A stretch of 64,000 nucleotides of DNA from contig CANRIL010000005.1 in the NCBI GenBank assembly GCA_947630625.1, positions 6,205-70,204 of the forward strand, given 5' to 3'. Made by a program: the position numbers and the translations under genes. Shown piece by piece: positions 56,911 through 64,000 of the stretch. The first letter of the stretch is position 1. Every line of letters begins with the position of its first letter. Below the pieces are notes generated by a model that was not told the DNA's origin, searched no databases, and was given only the letters and a program-made list of their open reading frames with translations. This DNA is from an uncultured Clostridia bacterium. GTDB taxonomy: Bacteria > Bacillota > Clostridia > Oscillospirales > CAG-272.

Positions 56911-58304
56911 ATGGAAGACATAAAAAAATCACAACTGTTTGAAAATACCCCCATCCCGAAGGCGGTCATGACGCTTGCTATACCAACTATCATGAGCTCG
57001 CTCGTGATGGTGCTCTACAACCTCGCGGACACATATTTTGTCGGCATGCTCAATGACCCCATACAGAATTCGGCGGTGACGCTTGCCGCGCCCGTGCTTC
57101 TCGCGTTCAACGCGGTGAACAACCTCTTCGGCGTCGGCGCGTCAAGCATGATGAGCCGCGCCCTCGGCAGAAAGGATTACGAAACAGTCAGATGCAGCTC
57201 CGCCATCGGGTTTTACTGCGCGCTTTTTTCCGCTGCACTGTTCTCGGTTTCATTCGCCTCATTTGCCCCGGCGGGCTCCGCGTCCTCGGCGCGGACTCCT
57301 CGACTGAGGTGGCGACGGCGCAGTATCTGCACTGGACTGTCACCTTCGGCGCCATCCCGTCGATCCTCAACGTCGTCCTCGCGTATCTTGTCCGCTCCGA
57401 AGGCTCGTCGCTGAACGCCAGCATCGGCACCATGAGCGGCTGCGTCCTCAACATGATCCTCGACCCGATCTTCATCCTTCCGGGCGGGCTCGGCATGGGC
57501 GCTGCCGGAGCCGGACTCGCGACGTTCATCTCAAACTGTGCCGCGTGCGTCTATTTCTTCATTCTTTTGGCGGTGAAACGGGGAAAAACGTACGTCTCGA
57601 TAAGTCCGCTGCGCATAAGGTTCAGGCGCGACATTATTTTCGGCATCTGCGCCGTCGGAATCCCCGCCTCGATTCAAAATCTTCTGAATGTCACGGGCAT
57701 GACGGTGCTCAACAACTTTACGTCCGCCTTCGGCTCGGACGCTGTCGCGGCGATGGGCATAGCGCAGAAGGTCAACATGGTCCCCGTGCAGATCGCCCTT
57801 GGCTTTTCGCAGGGCATAATGCCGCTTGTCGGCTACAATTACGCCTCCGGCAGCATAGACAGGATGAAGCGCACCATCACCTTCGCCGCGAAAATAATAA
57901 TATCGTTTATGGTCGCGGTTTCGATCGGATATTACATATTTGCGGGGTCGCTTTCGGCGCTCTTCATGGAAAATCCCGCGGTCGTCGCATACGGGACGAA
58001 ATTTCTGCGCGGGCTCTGCCTCGCGATGCCGTTTCTTTGCATGGATTTTCTCGGCGTCGGCGTGTTCCAGTCGTGCGGCCTTGGTAAAAACGCGCTTTTG
58101 TTCGCGATTTTGCGGAAAATAGTGCTTGAAATACCCGCGCTCTGCATCCTGAACGCGCTCTTCCCGCTCTACGGGCTCGCATACGCGCAGTTCTCCGCCG
58201 AGCTCGTCCTCTCCGCCGCCGCCGTGCTCGTGCTTTACCGCCTCATAAAAAAGCTTGAGTCGGAGCACTCAAAAACGGAAACTGCCGATTCTGAGATATC
58301 ATAA
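56911..58304 (+). pseudogene. MATE-family efflux transporter disrupted by a frameshift in a T6 run
   Basis: The N-terminal part (frame of ORF 56674..57414, from ATG 56911) reads MEDIKKSQLFENTPIPKAVMTLAIPTIMSSLVMVLYNLADTYFVGML.... Beyond 57224-57229 (TTTTTT) the MATE sequence continues in the frame of ORF 57192..58304 (...VLGFIRLICPGGLRVLGADSSTEVATAQYLHWTVTFGAIPSIL...). One extra T would restore a single roughly 464-aa ORF. Confidence 0.8.
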
Positions 58305-58311
58305 TTAAAAT

Positions 58312-58350
58312 CCGGGGAAAGCCGTAAAAATGCTCTCCCCGGTAATTTTT
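58312..58350 (+). terminator. Terminator-like hairpin after the MATE gene
   Basis: CCGGGGAAAGC-cgtaaaaat-GCTCTCCCCGG (one mismatch), followed by TAATTTTTA. Confidence 0.5.
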
Positions 58351-58430
58351 ATGCCTGACTTTTTTCCTGTACGCCATGTGTTTTAACACGGCTTCAGCCG
58401 AGTTTTAATATTTTAAAAAAGCGCACGGCT

Positions 58431-59261
58431 CTATATCTGCAATTCCATACCGTCATACGCGATCAAAAGTCCGCGGTTTATCTCATCTTCGACCGCGTGC
58501 GCGTATGAAAGCCTGCCGTTATGGGAAAAATGATTTGCGACAAAGACCGTATCCGCGCCCGCGAGTCTCAGATCGCACAGCTTCTGCCGGAAAATGAGGT
58601 CGCGCTCGATATTCATGTGCCCGCGGTAGTTGATGTGCTTTATCCCCTCGGTGCAGTCCATTGAAACAAGGTCGAAAAATATTCCCATTTCGGCGATCCT
58701 GTAAAGCGTCCCGTCGGGCAAAACGTCCGTGTCGTGCGCGTATAAGAGCGTCTTTCCTCCGTGAGTGACGATATACACGAGCGGCTCCTTCGTTGAATGT
58801 ATCGCCGAGATGGGTATCACACGGTACCCTTCAAATTCGACCGGCTCAAACGGAAACGCCTGCCTGAAAATGACTCTCCCGTCGTCTGTCACCTTGTTCC
58901 CGCCCCTGCGAACCACAATATCGCGGACTCCACCGCTTCCGATTATCGTTAGCGGCGGCAGCGCCGGATCAAGAATTGCGAATCCGTGCGCTCTCGCGTC
59001 TATATCTTCGGGGTACAGGTGGTCGGAATGCGTGTGCGTTATGAGGCAGTACCGAATTTCAGTTATGTCCATCGAGTACCGCAGAATGTGCGCGTATGTG
59101 TCGGGGCCGAAATCGAGCAGCAGCTCGTCGTTTATGATCGCCTGACACCTCGTCCTTATCTCCCTGCCGCCGGCAGCCCGCGCATTTTTACATATATCAC
59201 ACTGACAGAATATAGCCGGAACGCCCTCGCTCGCGCCCGTTCCGAGAAATTTTATCTTCAT
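58431..59261 (-). CDS. MBL-fold metallo-hydrolase (PhnP/ElaC-like)
   Basis: 276 aa. MKIKFLGTGASEGVP, Cys-rich CQCDIC, HxHxDH motif LITHTHSDHLY. GGAGGTG RBS. Confidence 0.75.
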   Translation of the reverse strand: MKIKFLGTGASEGVPAIFCQCDICKNARAAGGREIRTRCQAIINDELLLDFGPDTYAHILRYSMDITEIRYCLITHTHSDHLYPEDIDARAHGFAILDPALPPLTIIGSGGVRDIVVRRGGNKVTDDGRVIFRQAFPFEPVEFEGYRVIPISAIHSTKEPLVYIVTHGGKTLLYAHDTDVLPDGTLYRIAEMGIFFDLVSMDCTEGIKHINYRGHMNIERDLIFRQKLCDLRLAGADTVFVANHFSHNGRLSYAHAVEDEINRGLLIAYDGMELQI

Positions 59262-59458
59262 AATGACGCACCTCCGGGTGGCTTATGTCATTTATAATTT
59301 TACCCGCCGCCGCGCGTTTTGTCAACTTGAAGGGCATATTTAGTGAACCGTTATCAGGCGTTTTGCGTAAATCACGCCCGGCTGTGTGGTCACAGTCCTC
59401 CGCGATTCGGTTCCACGACCGCCGACATTCTCTTTGCGTTAAAAATTAATATTTTGTC

Positions 59459-59520
59459 TGGACACACTAATGTACGTGTGGTATAATATCATCACGGATT
59501 TGCTGCGCAAATCCCAAAAG
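59459..59520 (+). promoter_or_regulatory. Promoter/palindrome module 1 (P1 plus inverted repeat)
   Basis: TGGACA (59459-59464), 17 nt, TGgTATAAT (59479-59487). Ten nt downstream is the perfect palindrome GATTTGC-tgc-GCAAATC (59497-59513), followed by CCAAAAG. Confidence 0.5.
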
Positions 59521-59610
59521 CGCGCAAGCGCACTTTTGCTGCGGCTTCGCCGCAGACTCGACATTGACGGCCTCGCAAAAATGCCCTTGCAAGCAAGCAT
59601 TTTTGCTTCG

Positions 59611-59653
59611 TGGTATAATGTCTTCACAGATTTGCCATTCAAATCCCAAAAAG
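59611..59653 (+). promoter_or_regulatory. Promoter/palindrome module 2 (P2 plus inverted repeat), a diverged copy of module 1 located 132 bp downstream
   Basis: TGgTATAAT (59611-59619), then GATTTG-ccatt-CAAATC (59629-59645), followed by CCAAAAAG. It aligns base for base with 59479-59520 (TGGTATAATaTCaTCACgGATTTGC...CAAATCCCAAAAG). Confidence 0.5.
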
Positions 59654-59865
59654 ATTACGGATGATTTGCATCGGCTCCGCCGATGCTCGCCGCTGCGCGG
59701 CGGCGATTGAACTTGCGTTCAATCGAAATCATTTATTTTGATAGCTGATCGGGGTTTGATATGCAAGTACCAAAAGCTATATTTTTTGATTGATTCGCGG
59801 CGATTCACAGAATTGCGAAAATGTTGCTGCTTATTATAAAAATAAATTAAAACGGAGGTATGATC

Positions 59866-60555
59866 ATGTTCAGCACAGTCAAATTCGGAGGAAATTTGTG
59901 CCGTCTGCGCAAAAGCGCGGATACGTCACAGTCCGAGCTCGCCCTAAAGCTCGGCGTTTCGATAGAGGAAATTTCGCGATATGAACTCGGCGAGAGCTTT
60001 CCGGATGTAACAATGCTCGCCCGAATCGCGCAGACGCTCGGCACAACGACAGAGGAGCTGATCGGCGCCGGCGAGCCGACGCCCGGCGAGCTTCAGATAT
60101 TGAACGGCGTCGCAAACGGAACCGAGGTCGGGGCACACGGCATCGAGGACATTACAGGCGTCGCGCCGCTGCTCAGACCGAGCGTGCTCGAAAAGCTTGT
60201 CCGCAGCTTTTCGGCTCACGGGATAGATATATCGTACGTCGTCAAGCTCGCGGAATATCTCAACGATCAAAGCGTGATCTCGCTGCTCGAGGAAGCATCT
60301 CCCGACAAGCTGAATGAGGAGCTTCTCGGAAAGTTCGTCCCTCTGCTCGACGAAAGATCAAAATCCGCCATACTCCAGCGAATTCTCGACGGTGAACTCG
60401 ACTATCATTTCATTCGCGTGCTGCTCCCGTACGCGTCATATTACATTGACTCTCAGGTCGAAGCCGCCGTCGTCGAAGGTGCGCTTCCGTGGGACGCTCT
60501 CGACATAATGCGCGAAGCGCTTGAAGAGCGCCGCGAACTGAATCGGGACAAATAA
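59866..60555 (+). CDS. XRE-family helix-turn-helix protein with a roughly 150-aa C-terminal helical domain of unknown function
   Basis: GGAGG (59854-59858) followed by ATG 59866. FGGNLCRLRKSADTSQSELALKLGVSIEEISRYELGESFPDVTMLARIAQTLGTTTEELIG is a canonical HTH_3/XRE domain. Confidence 0.8.
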   Translation: MFSTVKFGGNLCRLRKSADTSQSELALKLGVSIEEISRYELGESFPDVTMLARIAQTLGTTTEELIGAGEPTPGELQILNGVANGTEVGAHGIEDITGVAPLLRPSVLEKLVRSFSAHGIDISYVVKLAEYLNDQSVISLLEEASPDKLNEELLGKFVPLLDERSKSAILQRILDGELDYHFIRVLLPYASYYIDSQVEAAVVEGALPWDALDIMREALEERRELNRDK

Positions 60556-60606
60556 ACTGCCGCCCCCCGCCAGCAGCATGGGAAATTAATATTGATATAA
60601 ACGAAA

Positions 60607-60654
60607 AAGGATGACGCATAGACAGATCGCCTGTGCGTCATCCTTATCTTTTTT
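60607..60654 (+). terminator. Rho-independent terminator of the XRE gene
   Basis: AAGGATGACGCA-(15 nt)-TGCGTCATCCTT, a perfect 12-bp stem, followed by ATCTTTTTT. Confidence 0.8.
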
Positions 60655-61018
60655 ACGGCTGTCCGTTCCCGCGCCGCCGGTTGCTTCGGATCAAATTTTT
60701 AAGAGGTCGGAAACTTATGAGGACAGTATCAATTAAAAATATCCGCGATAGTCGAATCTTAACGGTTTGCGGATTAAATCCTAATACGGGAATATGTCCG
60801 ATGTTTGTTTTTTGCCGCAGTGGGTAAACACGTCGTCGAGTAAAAATTGACGCGTCAATTCAGCCGTATCATTCGGCGCGGACGCCAAATTTTCACGGCA
60901 AATCCGCGGGCATTTCAATCCATGCCGGGGTTGGACTGAAATATTACGTATTACGTTACGTTTACGGTTACACAAAATAGAGTTCCCCGTCGGGAACCCG
61001 ACTTCATATTATCCCGCA

Positions 61019-63542
61019 AAGGGGGGTCATGGGCTCCGCGTGGAGCCTGACGCGTCAGGTTGTTTGCTTTCGTCGAATCGCGTTGATTTCAATCCCCAGA
61101 CTCCGCGTGGAGCCTGACGACCCCGATAAGCAGATATACACAGTTAATTTTGCATTTCAATCCCCAGGCTCCGCGTGGAGCCTGACATAATATCACAGTG
61201 TATAAGCACTTACAAGATCATTTCAATCCCCAGGCTCCGCGTGGAGCCTGACGACAGTGGTACATATACGGCGGACGCGGAGACGGTCATTTCAATCCCC
61301 AGGCTCCGCGTGGAGCCTGACTGTTTATGACGGTCGAGCCGCAGCCGGACGAATCATTTCAATCCCCAGGCTCCGCGTGGAGCCTGACGCGCATGCAGCG
61401 CGGAAGCGGAGAGGGCATCAAATTTCAATCCCCAGGCTCCGCGTGGAGCCTGACGGTTGACAACGGCGCAATTGCGGTTGTCATTATTATTTCAATCCCC
61501 AGGCTCCGCGTGGAGCCTGACTGCGCCACGAAAGAAAAAACAAGCTCATGCAACAGATTTCAATCCCCAGGCTCCGCGTGGAGCCTGACCGCCTGCGTGT
61601 GCGGTGTTGCAGCTTTAAGTGTGATTTCAATCCCCAGGCTCCGCGTGGAGCCTGACGCCGTCTTCCGTCTCCGCATTAGTGGGTACGGATACATTTCAAT
61701 CCCCAGGCTCCGCGTGGAGCCTGACTACAAGCTTTACATTGTCATTTTCTACGACCGGACATTTCAATCCCCAGGCTCCGCGTGGAGCCTGACCAATAGC
61801 TGGTATTCGCGGAGTAGCAGCCGCAGGTATTTCAATCCCCAGGCTCCGCGTGGAGCCTGACTTAATCGCGCAAGCTCGGCACAAGCTGTCTTTGCATTTC
61901 AATCCCCAGGCTCCGCGTGGAGCCTGACCCCGACGCGCGCATATTCAGCCGTGCGCGGTTGCATTTCAATCCCCAGGCTCCGCGTGGAGCCTGACTTCTT
62001 CTCTATCTCGGCGCAGAACCGACGGGGCATTTCAATCCCCAGGCTCCGCGTGGAGCCTGACTATTCATCGCCTCCTTATCTGCATTTCTTTTCTCATTTC
62101 AATCCCCAGGCTCCGCGTGGAGCCTGACCGCAAAGGGGGCGGTCTGCCGTGCTGTGAGCGCATTTCAATCCCCAGGCTCCGCGTGGAGCCTGACAATGCG
62201 TGGACGCAAGCGCAACAGAAGCCTTGCATTTCAATCCCCAGGCTCCGCGTGGAGCCTGACCCGCAAAGGGGGCGGTCTGCCGTGCTGTGAGCGCATTTCA
62301 ATCCCCAGGCTCCGCGTGGAGCCTGACCAAGCTTCCTGTCGTATCAATCGAGGATGGAGAATTTCAATCCCCAGGCTCCGCGTGGAGCCTGACGGATGGG
62401 AGACGGTAGAAACTACTCCAACGCGCGATTTCAATCCCCAGGCTCCGCGTGGAGCCTGACCTGAATCGTCGATTCCGAAAGAGCCTAAAAACGTAATTTC
62501 AATCCCCAGGCTCCGCGTGGAGCCTGACATCAAGTACGGCATACCCTTCCGGCGCGATAACAAGCATTTCAATCCCCAGGCTCCGCGTGGAGCCTGACTG
62601 TATCCGCCTGTGTATCCGCCGACCCGTTCCGAATTTCAATCCCCAGGCTCCGCGTGGAGCCTGACACGCCACAAGCGGCATGACCTACGAAGACTGGAAT
62701 TTCAATCCCCAGGCTCCGCGTGGAGCCTGACGCAGTTGGATCGTCGTCATCGTCGCGCGAGCGGTGATTTCAATCCCCAGGCTCCGCGTGGAGCCTGACA
62801 TGCGTGGGATGGCGCAAAGCGGCGGAAGTTATCGAATTTCAATCCCCAGGCTCCGCGTGGAGCCTGACCTTTCAACAGATCAAGGCACTCTTCGCCGTCA
62901 AAATTTCAATCCCCAGGCTCCGCGTGGAGCCTGACGAGCATCTCCGTCGCTATTCGATTTCCTCCCAAGTATTTCAATCCCCAGGCTCCGCGTGGAGCCT
63001 GACGGCGCGAGCCGGTCGGTCGCAAGACACTAAAATTTTATTTCAATCCCCAGGCTCCGCGTGGAGCCTGACTCATCGTACTTTTTTGCATATATGGCGC
63101 TGTCAATTTCAATCCCCAGGCTCCGCGTGGAGCCTGACTTCAAGCCGCTGCACGTCGGCGGCGCGGCAACTATTTCAATCCCCAGGCTCCGCGTGGAGCC
63201 TGACGACACAGGCGCTTGCGGACACACTAGCGGAAAGCATTTCAATCCCCAGGCTCCGCGTGGAGCCTGACATCCATCGGCTGAGCTTGACTCCGGACAT
63301 ATGGTATTTCAATCCCCAGGCTCCGCGTGGAGCCTGACTACTCGGTGGTCGGCTCACGGCTGACCCCGAGTTATTTCAATCCCCAGGCTCCGCGTGGAGC
63401 CTGACGTGCGCCCCCTTGCGTGTGATTGATAACAGTGTAACATATTTCAATCCCCAGGCTCCGCGTGGAGCCTGACACGGGGCGCAATACCTTTATTTCT
63501 TGGCTCTTTATTTCAATCCCCAGGCTCCGCGGGGAGCCCGAC
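61019..63542 (-). CRISPR. CRISPR array, 38 repeats / 37 spacers, type I-C-like repeat, transcribed on the minus strand from the cas2-proximal leader
   Basis: 33-nt repeat. The + strand reads ATTTCAATCCCCAGGCTCCGCGTGGAGCCTGAC and the minus strand GTCAGGCTCCACGCGGAGCCTGGGGATTGAAAT (7-bp stem AGGCTCC/GGAGCCT, 4-nt loop, ATTGAAAT tail as in I-C repeats). I located every repeat start by hand: 61019 (degenerate), 61086, 61154, 61220, 61289, 61356, 61422, 61489, 61557, 61624, 61693, 61761, 61829, 61896, 61963, 62029, 62096, 62162, 62228, 62295, 62361, 62428, 62496, 62566, 62633, 62699, 62767, 62836, 62903, 62971, 63040, 63106, 63172, 63239, 63306, 63373, 63444, 63510. Spacers are 33-38 nt. The subtype call rests on the repeat and cas2 only. 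Confidence 0.95.
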
Positions 63543-63709
63543 AGCAAACATGCACAAACACAGATGGCATCATTGCGCACATTTGCACAAAAAATTATAT
63601 CGTTTTCGCCGTGCACCGCTTGATCCATCTTGCTTTGCACGTCCGAAAGCAACATTTTACGGTGCGAACATATTGGCATTTTTATGTTCGCTTCACGTTC
63701 GCACGCGGG
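63543..63709 (-). promoter_or_regulatory. CRISPR leader (cas2 stop to first repeat)
   Basis: 167-bp non-coding, comparatively AT-rich segment between cas2 and the leader-proximal repeat. Function is inferred from position. Confidence 0.6.
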
Positions 63710-64000
63710 CTAAACTATAAGCGGATCTGTCACATCGTATCCCTCTTTTGACCCGATGTGCTCGACCTTCCCCTTATAATTATTTCCAAGATAATAGAAG
63801 CGAAGGCTGTCCTTTTCCTTGTCTATGATGTCTTCGAGTATCGCCTTTACCTGCCGGCATTTCGCGGCGTCAAGATTGCACTCGAACACCGAATTCTGCA
63901 CGCGCTGGCCGTAATTCAAACACTCCTTCGCAACGCGGCGCAGCCGCTTTTTTCCCGCCGCTGTCTCAGTATTTACGTCATAAGTGATGATAACAAGCAT
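63710..64000 (-). CDS. cas2: CRISPR-associated endoribonuclease Cas2
   Basis: 96 aa. MLVIITYDVNTETAAGKKRLRRVAKECLNYGQRVQNSVFECNLD...SLRFYYLG is the canonical Cas2 pattern. The start codon sits exactly at the window edge (63998-64000). The rest of the cas operon would lie beyond 64000. Confidence 0.9.
   Translation of the reverse strand: MLVIITYDVNTETAAGKKRLRRVAKECLNYGQRVQNSVFECNLDAAKCRQVKAILEDIIDKEKDSLRFYYLGNNYKGKVEHIGSKEGYDVTDPLIV

Noticed and set aside
59303-59345. Partial similarity between mini-array spacer 2 (CCCGC-TAAA-TTGTCAAC-GTAAATGCAAATATTT) and CCCGC-(11 nt)-TTGTCAAC-TTGAAGGGCATATTT upstream of the MBL hydrolase gene. This would hint at a CreA-like self-target.
   Set aside because: The match is not collinear. 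It needs a 7-nt indel and a further gap, shares only an 8-mer and short blocks, and has no TTC PAM in register. It is most likely chance, and is mentioned only so it can be tested computationally.
59470-59664. 64-aa ORF with an internal repeat (VWYNIITDLLRKSQK / SWYNVFTDLPFKSQK).
   Set aside because: The internal repeat is the duplicated promoter/palindrome module read in frame. It contains the TATAAT boxes and has no RBS. I treat it as non-coding.
59440-59760. The hairpin-rich region might encode a tracrRNA or an anti-repeat RNA for the nearby array.
   Set aside because: The array and cas2 look type I-C, which needs no tracrRNA. The only similarity to the repeat is a 7-mer (TTCAATC, within the arm GTTCAATCG at 59717-59725). 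There is no extended anti-repeat complementarity.
60751-60779. GTCGAATCTTAACGGTTTGCGGATTAAAT resembles a + oriented, highly decayed repeat (compare mini-array R3 ...GCCTGCGGATTAAT). It would make the 9-kb block flanked by direct repeats.
   Set aside because: Only the GTC start, ACGG and GCGGATTAAT are shared, and the stem is not preserved. This is too weak to call without a profile search.
61257-63679. Many 60-180-aa ORFs on both strands across the CRISPR array, with the recurring peptides FQSPGSAWSLT, ISIPRLRVEPD and SGSTRSLGIE.
   Set aside because: The recurring peptides are simply the 33-nt repeat translated in different frames. These are not coding.
63710-64000. Temptation to call the complete cas operon and subtype from this window.
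   Set aside because: Only cas2 is inside the window. The I-C assignment rests on the repeat sequence and structure and on Cas2 similarity as I remember them. It must be confirmed by finding cas1, cas4, cas7, cas8c, cas5d and cas3 beyond coordinate 64000.

Overview
This 64-kb window looks like chromosomal DNA from a GC-rich Firmicute, probably a Clostridia or Oscillospiraceae-like organism. That guess rests on gene content and GGAGG ribosome-binding sites only. All product calls come from reading the translated ORFs for family motifs. No database search was run.

Gene content, left to right:
- 1-6.7 kb: a GT2 glycosyltransferase (partial), a P-loop kinase, a CotH protein, and an alcohol dehydrogenase/aldo-keto reductase operon.
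- 7.1-11.6 kb: a putative glycerophosphate-polymer cluster. It holds an LtaS-like transferase, a small acidic membrane protein and an unusual YidC-TagF fusion.
- 11.8-16.0 kb: DegV, then a minimal type IV pilus/Com-like operon.
- 16.2-30.5 kb: glycan-utilisation genes (DUF5107/TPR, GH2, GH30 with a discoidin domain, carboxylesterase, GH43), interrupted by a translationally coupled pair of MutS-domain-V ATPases.
- 30.5-31.7 kb: a near-perfect 588-bp tandem duplication carrying a small membrane-anchored protein gene.
- 32.0-43.1 kb: an 11-gene minus-strand cell-wall glycopolymer locus.
- 43.4-51.6 kb: a permease, an AraC regulator with a GH2 lipoprotein, a YhaM-like desulfidase and a HAD-IIA hydrolase.
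- 51.6-64.0 kb: an accessory and defence stretch, the most interesting part. It contains, in order:
  - an orphan 3-repeat mini-CRISPR array;
  - a YczE-like membrane protein;
  - a 1389-aa DUF4062-NACHT-beta-propeller STAND NTPase with its own promoter;
  - a frameshifted MATE gene;
  - an MBL-fold hydrolase;
  - a hairpin-rich duplicated promoter/palindrome region;
  - an XRE regulator;
  - a 38-repeat type I-C-like CRISPR array, in the opposite orientation to the mini-array, with its leader and cas2 at the right edge.

The rest of the cas operon lies outside the window.
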